NCBI GenBank assembly: GCA_963785725.1
Contig: CAWAWS010000018.1
Coordinates: 114,974-178,973, forward strand
Source of the DNA: an uncultured delta proteobacterium
GTDB lineage: Bacteria; Myxococcota_A; Polyangia; Palsa-1104
Direction: 5' to 3'
DNA: 64,000 bases
The position numbers and the translations under genes are program-made. This document shows positions 41,359 to 50,412 of this stretch, one piece after another (within the stretch, counting starts at the first letter, position 1; every line of letters starts with the position of its first letter). Under the pieces are notes generated by a model. It was not told the origin of the DNA, ran no database searches, and saw only the letters and a program-made list of their open reading frames with translations.

Positions 41359-41407
41359 TAGAACATGTTCCAATTAGGTCGTCCAGCCTAATTTGAAACA
41401 CGTTCCA
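41359..41407. promoter_or_regulatory. Two KstR-type operators upstream of the SCP2-led operon (41359, 41394)
   Basis: TAGAACATGTTCCA and TGAAACACGTTCCA. Confidence 0.87.
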
Positions 41408-41498
41408 GTCCTAAGGTTGCTTCCCGTCGACGTTTTGGCAACGAGGCGTGAAAATTGCGCGTCGCGTCGGCGTGCCGCGGCCGAAAAATCTACGCCAT

Positions 41499-41807
41499 TC
41501 AGCGTATGAGACGCAGGGCGGTCAGCGTTTGCACGATCCCGACGAGCGCGGCGATGGCGCCGGCGCTGACGACCAGCTTGCCGCCCGAGCGCGCCCACGA
41601 GCCGAGCCCGCCGAGGGCCAGCATGCCGCCAAAGAGCGCACCAATCGGCACCTTCTCGACGCTCAAATGTAGGACGTGAAACGCCAGCAGCAGCTCGCAG
41701 CCGCTGGCCAGCGCCGCGATCGCCGGGAAGATGAGCGGCCGATGCTGCGCCAAGAGCACGAGCGACGCCGCGGCGCCGATGCACACGAACAGCCAAGGAA
41801 GGTTCAT
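41499..41807 (-). CDS. Small hypothetical membrane protein
   Basis: About four hydrophobic segments. Confidence 0.6.
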   Translation of the reverse strand: MNLPWLFVCIGAAASLVLLAQHRPLIFPAIAALASGCELLLAFHVLHLSVEKVPIGALFGGMLALGGLGSWARSGGKLVVSAGAIAALVGIVQTLTALRLIR

Positions 41808-42031
41808 CCCCCATACATACTGCAATTGCCGCCCGAGCCAGAGGACGATCGGCAGACGAGTAGGGTGGTGTCGCGGCTTATCGCCGGTTACCGCGCGTCC
41901 CTTAAAGCACGTGCGATAGAAAATGGCGTCGCTGGGTTTGGTACGTGCGATAGAAATCGCGGACCTACAGTGGCGCCACCGGCGATTCTGCGACTCTAGT
42001 GTAACTATGCGGAAGGTGATATGATCATGCC

Positions 42032-43099
42032 GTGAAGCTGAGCGCTTGCCTCATCGTGCGCAATGAAGCCGACGCCCTGCCACGCGCATTGTCCGCGCTG
42101 CGTGAGCACGTCTTCGAGATCGTCGTCGTCGACACCGGGTCCAGCGACGAGACGCCGATCATCGCCGAGCAGATGGGCGCCAACGTCGTCACGCTGCCGT
42201 GGCAAGACGACTTCAGCCTGGCGCGCAACGCGGCGCTCGACGAGGCCACCGGCGATTGGTGCCTCATGGTCGACGCCGACGAGGTCGTGCAGCCGAGCGG
42301 CTGGCCGATCGTGCAAGCGTTCATCGCCGACGCGGCCCACGCGCACGGCAACATGACCATCGTCAGCGACACCGCCGAAGGCCGCGTGCACAGCGCGATT
42401 CGCCGCCTCTGTCGCAACGACAAGACCTTTCGCTACGTCGGTCGCGTGCACGAGCAGCTCGTCGGTCCCGGCGCCGGCGGCGACAGCGGGCTCGTCGCCG
42501 TGCATTCCGGCTACACCGAGGCGGCGATTCGCCGGCGCGACAAGACGCAGCGCAATCTGCGGCTGCTGCAGCTCGACTTGGAGGCGCGCCCCGACGACGC
42601 CTACTTGCAGTTTCAGCTCGGGCGCACGCTCGTCAAGCACAAGCAGCCCGATCTCGCGGTCGGCTACTTCGAGGCGGCGCTGCGCAACATCGCGCCCGAC
42701 GCGGCTTACTTGTCGCTGCTGGTGGTGGCCTTCGGCTATGCGCTGAAGACGCTGGGCCGCGCGTCGCGCGCGCTGCCGATGCTCGAGTCCTACAAGCCGC
42801 GTCTCGGCGACTCGCCCGATCTATGGTTCTTGGAAGGCCTGTTGGCGATGGAGACGGGCGACGTGCCGCGCATGCTGCGCGCCTTCGACACCTGCTTGAG
42901 CCTCGGTGAGACCAAGCGTTACGAGACCGTCGAGGGCGTCGGCAGCTATCGCGCGCACTTCAACATGGGGCTCTATCACGAGCTCGCCGGCGACGTCGAA
43001 CGGGCGCGCATGCATTATCAGGCGGCGCTGAGCTTTCCCGGCCATTTCCAGCCGGCCGCGCATCGGCTCATGCGACTGCCGGCCCAGCCCGCTCAATAG
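42032..43099 (+). CDS. GT2 glycosyltransferase with TPR repeats
   Basis: CLIVRNEA, VVDTGSSD, WQDDFSLARN, DADE, GRVHEQ; TPR-like C-terminus. Confidence 0.88.
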   Translation: MKLSACLIVRNEADALPRALSALREHVFEIVVVDTGSSDETPIIAEQMGANVVTLPWQDDFSLARNAALDEATGDWCLMVDADEVVQPSGWPIVQAFIADAAHAHGNMTIVSDTAEGRVHSAIRRLCRNDKTFRYVGRVHEQLVGPGAGGDSGLVAVHSGYTEAAIRRRDKTQRNLRLLQLDLEARPDDAYLQFQLGRTLVKHKQPDLAVGYFEAALRNIAPDAAYLSLLVVAFGYALKTLGRASRALPMLESYKPRLGDSPDLWFLEGLLAMETGDVPRMLRAFDTCLSLGETKRYETVEGVGSYRAHFNMGLYHELAGDVERARMHYQAALSFPGHFQPAAHRLMRLPAQPAQ

Positions 43100-44604
43100 A
43101 AGAACTTCAGCTCCGGCCACAGCTCGGCGAGCGTCGGACGGAGGCCGTAGCAGAGCGTGATGGGCGCGTCGTCTTCATACGGCATGACGAATGGGCCGCC
43201 GAAGCGCGCCGCCAGCGACACCGCGCGGCAGCGACGGCCCAAGCTCGCCGGCGTCTCGTTGACGCGCAAGAGGACCGAGCCGTCGAAGCCGCGCGGGCCC
43301 CACGTCCAATAGCTGTTGTGGCCGCTGAGCGCGGGCGGCAAACCGTAGGCGCCGCCGAAGACGTCGATGGCCGCGGCCTCGCCGTAGTTGTCGGTGAAGA
43401 TGGCGACGCGCTCTCAATCGGCCGGCGGCAGCGCGCGATAGGCGGCGGCGACGCTGGCGACGTAGCTGCGCCAGCCGAGCATGTCGGCGAAGGTCTGCGG
43501 CAGCGCGCTCTGGCGCACCGTCTCCGACGGCTGCGGCTGCAGATGCGTGCGCGAAAGATACGTCGCCAGCATCGCCGGCGGCAGGATCGGCATCGCCAGC
43601 GGCGCGGCCACGGCGCTGACGGCGACGGCGGCCGCCAGCCACGTCGCGCGCGCCCAGCGCGGCCGCAGCCACGCCTCGAACGCCGCGCCGCCGAGCGCGA
43701 ACAGCGCCGCGAACGCCGGGCAAAAGTAGTAATCCTTGGCGTGCAGCGCGATCATGAGCGCGAACGTCAGTGCGAAACCGAGCGCCAAAAAGCGCCACGG
43801 CTTGAGCCGCGTATCGACGAACGGCGCCACCATTCCGCCGAGCCACAGCGGCGCCCACAGTGGATTCATCACCTTCGCTTGGTTGACGATGAAGCCGAGC
43901 GGCGACAGCACCGTGTTCTTACCGGTCGCTTGATTGCGCAGCATCTCCACGAAGGGCAGCCCATGCGTCAGCTGCCAAATGAGGCTGGGCGCGGCCAGCC
44001 CGAGCGCGATCGCCGCGCCCGCCGCCAGCTGCCACGTCAACAGCGCGCGACCGCGACCGACGGCCACGACGGCCACGACGAGCGGCAGCGCGAACGCCGG
44101 CAGCGCGTATTTGGCCTCGAGCGCGACGCCGGCCACCGCGCCCGCCCACAGCCACGCGCGCGGCTCGCAGCCGACGACGACGCGCGCGACGCAGTAGGCG
44201 AAGCCCGTCCACGCGAGCGGCTCGAACGTCGACGTCGAGAACACCGAGAAGATGCCGAGGTACATCGGCGCCGTCGCCGCGGCGGTGCCGGCGAGCGCGA
44301 CGCCGAAGCCGCCGGCGCCGACGAGCGCCGCCAGCCGGCAGGTCATGAGCACCGTCGCCGCCGCGGCCAAGGCCGGCAGCAAACGCAGGAGAAAGAGGTG
44401 CTCGCCGAACGCTTGCGACGCCGCCGCCAAGAGCGGCACCAGCGGCGGCTGGTCGACGTAACCGAAGGCCGGATGGCGACCGCAGACGATGAAGTAGAGC
44501 TCGTCGCGAAAGAAGTCGTAGCGCTGGGCGACGGCGAGGTGCGCCAGCAAGGTCGCGCCCGACAGCAGCCACGCGATCCGTCTGTCGGGCTGTTTGTTGG
44601 GCAT
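43093..44604 (-). pseudogene. ArnT/GT39-like membrane glycosyltransferase interrupted by an in-frame TGA at 43414-43416
   Basis: FRDELYF, GYVDQPPL; after the stop the same frame continues ERVAIFTDNYGEA...SGHNSYW. Confidence 0.75.
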
Positions 44605-44727
44605 GGCTGCACAACAATACGCGCCAGGCGGCTATTTCCGGCTCGGTCGCGGGCCGCCGCGGCGACTGCGCCGCGCGGTCGGTTCGCGCGTTTTGACAGC
44701 CATCGCGACGGCGTGCGACGGTTCGTC

Positions 44728-45273
44728 ATGCCACCCTCGGTTTTGTTGCTTCCCGGCCTCTTCGACTCCGGCCCCGCCCATTGGCAGCGCATTTGGCAGC
44801 GCGAGCGCGGCTTCACCGTCGTCGAGCAGTCCGACTGGGCCACGCCGCGCCGGCAAGACTGGACGGCCACGCTCGAACGCGCGGTCGCCGCCGCGGCCGG
44901 CCCCGTCATCTTGTGCGGCCACAGCTCGGCCTGCGCCACCATCGCCTTTTGGGCCGCCGAAACGGCGCAGTCGGCGCGCGTCCGCGGCGTCTTGCTCGTC
45001 GGACCGAGCGACACCGAGGCGGCGAGCTATCCGGCCGGCCCGACCGGCTTCGCGCCCATGCCGCGCGCCCGCCTACCGTTCGCCAGCATCATCGTGACGA
45101 GCAGCGACGATCCCTACGTTTCACCGGCGCGCGCCCGGGAATTCGCGTCGAATTGGGGCGGCGCGCTCGTCGACGTCGGCCCCGCCGGCCACATCAACGC
45201 CGCGTCCGGCCACGGCCCATGGCCGGCAGGTCTGGCGCTGCTCGCGCCCTGGCTCGCGCCGGCGCTCGAGTGA
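44728..45273 (+). CDS. RBBP9/YdeN-family alpha/beta hydrolase
   Basis: PGLFDSGPAHWQ, GHSSAC, SSDDPYV, AGHIN. Confidence 0.88.
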   Translation: MPPSVLLLPGLFDSGPAHWQRIWQRERGFTVVEQSDWATPRRQDWTATLERAVAAAAGPVILCGHSSACATIAFWAAETAQSARVRGVLLVGPSDTEAASYPAGPTGFAPMPRARLPFASIIVTSSDDPYVSPARAREFASNWGGALVDVGPAGHINAASGHGPWPAGLALLAPWLAPALE

Positions 45274-45319
45274 TCGCGTCCCCAAAATGCGACAGCGGCG
45301 GGTCGCATCATCACCCCAC

Positions 45320-45333
45320 TAGAACCTGTTGCA
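45320..45333. promoter_or_regulatory. KstR-type operator TAGAACCTGTTGCA upstream of the steroid 5-alpha-reductase gene
   Basis: Extended palindrome CACTAGAACCTGTTGCAGTG. Confidence 0.82.
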
Positions 45334-45343
45334 GTGTTCGAGT

Positions 45344-46147
45344 ATGTTCCCGTCGATGACTTGGTACACCGGTGACAAAACCTACGACACCTTGTTGGCG
45401 GCGGCGCTCGCCTTCGCCGCTTTCGTCTTCATCATCTCCTGGTTCGTGCCGTCGCCGTACGGCAAGCTCGCGTCGGCGAAGTACGGCGTCAGCGTCAGCG
45501 GCCGGCTCGGCTGGTTCCTCATGGAGCTGCCGGCGACGCTGAGCTTTTGGTGGTTCTTCGTGCACGGCCCCTATCGCGCCAACCTCGTGCCGCTGCTGTT
45601 CGGCGCCATGTGGCTCATCCATTACGGCAACCGCGGCTTCTACTTCCCGTTCAGTATCCGCGCGGCCAAGGGCGCGACCTCCAACTTCAGCTTCATGGTC
45701 ATCGGCATCGGCTGGTGCGTCACGTCGCTGCACGGCTACTTCCACGCCAGCTACTTCACGCGCCTGCACGTCTACACGACGGAATGGCTGCATGATCCGC
45801 GCTTCATCTTCGGCTTCATCGTCTATTACATCTCATACGCGCTCACGCTGCACTCGGACTCGATCATCCGCAATCTGCGCACGCGCGACGAGATCGCCTC
45901 GGGCGCGAAGAGCTATCGCATTCCGACGGGCGGCCTGTTCCGCTGGTTGACGAGCCCGAGCTACACGACCGAGCTCATCGGCTGGGCCGCCTTCGCTGTC
46001 TGCACCTGGTCGCTCGCGGGCGTGTTCATCCTGCTCGTCAGCTTGGGGAACTTGGTGCCGCGCGCGTTCGCGACGCAGAAGTGGTATCGCGAGAAGTTCC
46101 CGGACTATCCGCCCGAGCGCAAGATCCTCATCCCGTTCGTTCTTTAG
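45344..46147 (+). CDS. 3-oxo-5-alpha-steroid 4-dehydrogenase (steroid 5-alpha-reductase) family membrane protein
   Basis: PYGK, GWFLMELP, HYGNR, HSDSIIRNLR, YRIPTGGLF, NLVPRA, WYREKFPDYPPERKILIPF. Confidence 0.9.
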   Translation: MFPSMTWYTGDKTYDTLLAAALAFAAFVFIISWFVPSPYGKLASAKYGVSVSGRLGWFLMELPATLSFWWFFVHGPYRANLVPLLFGAMWLIHYGNRGFYFPFSIRAAKGATSNFSFMVIGIGWCVTSLHGYFHASYFTRLHVYTTEWLHDPRFIFGFIVYYISYALTLHSDSIIRNLRTRDEIASGAKSYRIPTGGLFRWLTSPSYTTELIGWAAFAVCTWSLAGVFILLVSLGNLVPRAFATQKWYREKFPDYPPERKILIPFVL

Positions 46148-46185
46148 TCCGCCGCATCGTTCGGCAGCTTCCGCTCACGCAATCG

Positions 46186-46998
46186 TTAGGCGAAGAAGCG
46201 AAGGCTGCGGATGCGGCGCGTGTCGGGCGCGAACTCGATCCGCGCCAAGCCCGACTTCGGCGACGCGCCATCGAGCGTGTAGCGGAACGAGGTCGTCCAG
46301 CCGGCCGCGACCGGCGCCTCGACGCGCAAGCGCGTGCCCGCGGGAAACAGCGAGAACAGGTCGCGCGCCGGCGCCTCGACGATGCCGAGCTCGACGATGG
46401 CGCTCGGCTCGAGCAGCGCCTCCAAGGCTTGGCTGTCGCGCGCGTCGACGGCCGTCACCAGCTGCCGGACCGTCGCCAGGCCGCGGCCGCCGATGCCTTT
46501 CCACAGCGACGCCAAATAGCCCGCCACCCACGGCACGCCCATGAAGCGCAGCATGCGACCGAACATGGCCGTCATCGCCACCCACGCTTTGGGCCCGAGC
46601 TTCATCGCGCCGAGCGACATGCGCGCCAAATCCCAGTGCGCCGACAAGCGCGAAATTTGTAGCGATCCCGTCGCGTCATCGAGCTGATAGAGCAGATAAG
46701 CGGGCACGTCGAGCTGGAAGGCGCCGGCTATTTTCGTGTGGATGATGATGTCGCGAAAGACGCTGCGACCGAGCGTGTAGTCGCCGCGCACCTCGAAGTG
46801 GATGTCGTTGGGCCCGATGAAGACGTCCCAAAAGCGGCCGATGGCGCCGGTCGCTTTCGGCGCCGGCGGCGCGCCCACCGGATCTTCCACCTGCGCGTCG
46901 GCGGCGAAGACGCCGAGCCAGCCGTCGCGATCGTGCTCGGCGACGAACGCCGGCGAGCGCTCGACGACGTCGACCATCTGCTTCTTGGAGTAGCTCAT
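46186..46998 (-). CDS. NTF2/SnoaL-like (ketosteroid isomerase family) protein
   Basis: HDRDGWLGVF, VEDPVGAPP, RFWDVFIGPNDI. Confidence 0.75.
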   Translation of the reverse strand: MSYSKKQMVDVVERSPAFVAEHDRDGWLGVFAADAQVEDPVGAPPAPKATGAIGRFWDVFIGPNDIHFEVRGDYTLGRSVFRDIIIHTKIAGAFQLDVPAYLLYQLDDATGSLQISRLSAHWDLARMSLGAMKLGPKAWVAMTAMFGRMLRFMGVPWVAGYLASLWKGIGGRGLATVRQLVTAVDARDSQALEALLEPSAIVELGIVEAPARDLFSLFPAGTRLRVEAPVAAGWTTSFRYTLDGASPKSGLARIEFAPDTRRIRSLRFFA

Positions 46999-47028
46999 CG
47001 CCGGCGAGCATGCCACGGCCGGCGGGTG

Positions 47029-47042
47029 TGAAACATGTTCTA
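47029..47042. promoter_or_regulatory. KstR-type operator TGAAACATGTTCTA between the divergent NTF2-like and ferredoxin genes
   Basis: Matches TnnAACnnGTTnnA, centred in the 74-bp intergenic gap. Confidence 0.85.
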
Positions 47043-47072
47043 TTCGCGCGTTTCCTGCGCTAGGCTGACCGT

Positions 47073-47264
47073 ATGCGCATTGTCGTGGACGCCGACCTGT
47101 GCGAGGGCTTTGCCCAGTGCGTGAAGGTCATGCCGGACGTGTTCGTGCTCGGCGATGACCTGCCGGTGCAGATCGTGGTCCCACTGCCCGACGACGCGCA
47201 GCGCGCCGAGCTGGAGAACGCCGTGGCCCGCTGTCCGCGCGCCGCCTTGTCGCTCGAAGATTAG
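47073..47264 (+). CDS. Small ferredoxin (3Fe-4S type, typical P450 partner)
   Basis: MRIVVDADLCEGFAQC...PDVF...CP. Confidence 0.88.
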   Translation: MRIVVDADLCEGFAQCVKVMPDVFVLGDDLPVQIVVPLPDDAQRAELENAVARCPRAALSLED

Positions 47265-47266
47265 CT

Positions 47267-48013
47267 TCAGAGCTTCGAGCCGCCGTCGACGCCGAGCGTC
47301 TGGCCGGTGATCCAGCGCGCGTCGTCGGAGCCCAAGAAGGCGACGACGCCGCCGAAGTCGTCGGCCTGGCCGACGCGCTTGAGCGCCTGAATGCTCGTTG
47401 CGATGTCGCGGCCGGCGGGCGTCTTGGTGAACGTCGACATGTCCGTGTCGACGATGCCGGGCGCGATGGCGTTGACGCGAATGCCGCGCGGTCCGAGCGC
47501 GGCCGCGAAGTGCTTGACGATCGTGTCGATGGCGCCCTTCGTCGCCGCGTAGGCCGACAAATTGCCGACCGCCGAGCGCGCCGCCAGCGACGACGTGAAC
47601 ACGATGCTCGAGCCCGACGACAAGATCGGCAGCAGCTGCTGCACCAAGAAGAACGGCGCGCGCACGTTGACCGCGAACAAGTTGTCGAAGTCGCTCAGCG
47701 TCGTCTCGGCGATCGTCGCGTCTTTGGTGATGCCGGCGTTGGCGACGAGGATGTCGAGCCGATCGCCGACCACGCGGCGCACTTGCGCGGCCAGCGCGTG
47801 CGGCGCGTCGGCCGCGGCCAAGTCGGCGTGGACGATCTCCGCGCGCCCACCGTCCTTGCGAATGAGGTCGGCGACCGCCTCCGCCTCGGCCTTGGCGCGC
47901 CCGTAATGCACCAGCACCTGCGCGCCCGCCTGGCCGAGCGCCAGCGCGATCGCCCGCCCGATGCCCCGCGATCCACCCGTCACCAGCGCCGTCTTGCCCT
48001 TCAAAGTCGTCAT
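47267..48013 (-). CDS. Short-chain dehydrogenase/reductase
   Basis: TGGSRGIG, ANAG, YAATKG. Confidence 0.9.
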   Translation of the reverse strand: MTTLKGKTALVTGGSRGIGRAIALALGQAGAQVLVHYGRAKAEAEAVADLIRKDGGRAEIVHADLAAADAPHALAAQVRRVVGDRLDILVANAGITKDATIAETTLSDFDNLFAVNVRAPFFLVQQLLPILSSGSSIVFTSSLAARSAVGNLSAYAATKGAIDTIVKHFAAALGPRGIRVNAIAPGIVDTDMSTFTKTPAGRDIATSIQALKRVGQADDFGGVVAFLGSDDARWITGQTLGVDGGSKL

Positions 48014-48149
48014 GAGTCGCTCCTGTCGCCATGCCTGCGAGGTTATGCCCGTCACTTCGGTCTCGTTCGCTCGAGTCGTTCTACTCGGTGCTGTTGCTAG
48101 GAATAAGCCTGTAAGCGGCGGCTGGAAAATACTTTGTAGCTGCGTAGGC

Positions 48150-48164
48150 ATGCCTGGTAAGCAT
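48150..48164. promoter_or_regulatory. LysR-type T-N11-A recognition site ATGC-N7-GCAT
   Basis: Interrupted palindrome just upstream of the LysR start, in the SDR/LysR divergent gap. Confidence 0.6.
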
Positions 48165-48172
48165 GGGACGAC

Positions 48173-49081
48173 ATGGAGCTGCGCCATCTGCGCTATTTCG
48201 TGGCCGTGGCCGAGGAGGGCAGCCTGACGGTCGCCGCCGTCCGTCGCTTGCACACCGCGCAGCCGTCGCTCAGCCGGCAAATTCGCGATCTCGAAGACGA
48301 AGTGGGCGTGCCTCTCTTGACGCGCAGCGCGCGCGGCGTCGAGCTGACGGCGGCCGGTCGCGTCTTTCTCGACCACGCGCGCCTGGTACTCGGCCAAGCG
48401 GAGGCGGCCATCGAAGCGGCGCGGCGCGCAGCGCAGCCGGAGAAGCCGACGTTTGCCATGGGCTTTCTCACGGGACAAGAGGTCGATTGGCTGCCGGAAG
48501 CGACCCGTCTCTTGCGCGACGAGCTGCCCAACATCGAGGTGCGCGTCTCCAGTCAGTATTCGCCGCGACTGGCGGAGGAGCTGCAACGCGGCAAGCTCGA
48601 CGTCGCCTTCTTGCGCCGCGAGCCGCAGCCCGACCTCGCGTACAAGACGATCGCCCAAGAGCCGCTCGTGGTCATCTTGCCGAGCGATCACGCGCTCGCG
48701 GCGCTGCGGTCGATCACCCCGCGCCAGCTACAAGGCGAGACCTTCATCGGCCTCTCGGATACGCCGCATGTGCTGCGCGCGATCATCGACAAATACCTGC
48801 GCAAATGCGGCGTCAAGCTGACGCCGGCGCACCGCATCGACAACTTCGCGATGGGGATTTCGCTGGTGGCGTCGACGCGCGGCGTGGCGATCCTGCCGGC
48901 CTATGCGGCGAATTATCTGCCGTGGTCGGTCGTGAGCCGACCGCTCGGCGGTGCGGTCGCCACGCCAACGATCGAGCTCGTCATCGGCTACCACAAGGCC
49001 AATCGCTCGCCGGTGCTGGCGACCTTCTTGGCGCGCGTCGACGACATGATCGCGCGCGTCGCGAAGACCAAGCGGCCGTAA
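48173..49081 (+). CDS. LysR-family regulator (HcaR-like)
   Basis: MELRHLRYFVAVAEEGSLT...AQPSLSRQIRDLE. Confidence 0.93.
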   Translation: MELRHLRYFVAVAEEGSLTVAAVRRLHTAQPSLSRQIRDLEDEVGVPLLTRSARGVELTAAGRVFLDHARLVLGQAEAAIEAARRAAQPEKPTFAMGFLTGQEVDWLPEATRLLRDELPNIEVRVSSQYSPRLAEELQRGKLDVAFLRREPQPDLAYKTIAQEPLVVILPSDHALAALRSITPRQLQGETFIGLSDTPHVLRAIIDKYLRKCGVKLTPAHRIDNFAMGISLVASTRGVAILPAYAANYLPWSVVSRPLGGAVATPTIELVIGYHKANRSPVLATFLARVDDMIARVAKTKRP

Positions 49082-49084
49082 GAC

Positions 49085-50116
49085 TTACGGCCGCAGCTGC
49101 GCCAGCGCGCGCAGGAAGTTGCCGCCCAAGATCTTCTGAATCCGCGTGTGCGTCCAGCGCCGCCGCAACATGAGATCGCACAGGCGCACCAGCTCGAGAC
49201 ACGTCGCCATGTCGCGCGGCGTGATGATCGCGCCGTCCCAGTCGCTGCCGAGCGCGGCGTGATCTTCGCCGACGCAGTCGATGATGTGCTGCAAGTGGTC
49301 GACGATGCGATCGGCGCGACCACCCCACATCGGCTCGCCCAAGAAGCTCGATTGGTACATGACGCCGACGATGCCGCCGGTGTCGGCCACGGCGCGCAGC
49401 TGCTCGTCGTCGACGTTGCGCCAGTGCGGATGGACGGCGGCGATGCCCGTGTGGCTCACCATGAGCGGCTGCGTCTGGTCGTGGACCGCGACGGCGTCGA
49501 AGAAGCCCTTGCGGCTGATGTGCGCCAGGTCGACGAAGATGCGGTGCGCGTTCAGGTCGGCCACGAGCCGGCGGCCGCGCTCGGTCAGACCGTCGGCGCC
49601 GCGCGCGAAGGGCGCGCTCGTGCGGCCCAGCGTCGACGACGACAGATGCACGAGCGTCACCTTGACGAGCAGGCTCGCGTCGAACGTCGACAGCGCGTCG
49701 GGCGCGTCGATGGCGTTGCCGCCTTGCACGCCGATGAAGGCGCCGTGGCGGCCGGCGGCGCGCGCGGCCTGGTAGTCGGCGACGTTGCGACAGAGGCTGA
49801 CCTGCTCCGGTGCGCGCGCGAAAATTGCCTGCAGACGCGATAGGTTACGCTGAAAGACCGGCAGGCGACGCGAGGCCCGGCGCAGCGGATTGGTGGTGAT
49901 CGACCAGATGGCGCCGCCGACGCCGGCCGCGCGCAATCGCGGCAGGTCGGCCTGGCCGTAAAAGCGAGCATTGAACAGGCCGCGTCCGTGTCGCGCGAGC
50001 AGGTCGTAGCCCCAAATGCGTGTCCAAATGAAGGTGTCGACGTGCAGATCGAGGACGTCGCTGCGCCGATAGAGCTCGGCGGCTTCACGAGAGACGTCGG
50101 GTGCGGCGGACATCAT
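49085..50116 (-). CDS. Membrane/renal dipeptidase (M19) family protein
   Basis: DLHVD, VDLAHIS, VSHTG, RNVDD, LGSDWDG, KILGGNFLR. Confidence 0.87.
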   Translation of the reverse strand: MMSAAPDVSREAAELYRRSDVLDLHVDTFIWTRIWGYDLLARHGRGLFNARFYGQADLPRLRAAGVGGAIWSITTNPLRRASRRLPVFQRNLSRLQAIFARAPEQVSLCRNVADYQAARAAGRHGAFIGVQGGNAIDAPDALSTFDASLLVKVTLVHLSSSTLGRTSAPFARGADGLTERGRRLVADLNAHRIFVDLAHISRKGFFDAVAVHDQTQPLMVSHTGIAAVHPHWRNVDDEQLRAVADTGGIVGVMYQSSFLGEPMWGGRADRIVDHLQHIIDCVGEDHAALGSDWDGAIITPRDMATCLELVRLCDLMLRRRWTHTRIQKILGGNFLRALAQLRP

Positions 50117-50412
50117 TGGGGCGAAACGCTAGCCCGCCCGCCGCGGCGCGGCAAGCCTCCCCGGCCTTCGCGCTCGTCTTTCGGCGTCATTTCATTGCGG
50201 AAAAGCGCGGGAAAACGCGATGCGATTTGACAGGAGCGCCGCCGCCGTTTCAGATGCTGCAGCCGTCTCGTCAGGGAGACGTCATCGAGCGCCACCCACG
50301 TCGGAGTCACTACTCCCGCATGGGTTTACGACCTATATTGTGGCGAACCGCGAAACGCGCCTGAAATGGCCGGAAGCGTCTAGAATGGACCGCCAAAAGG
50401 AGCCAGCCCGAA

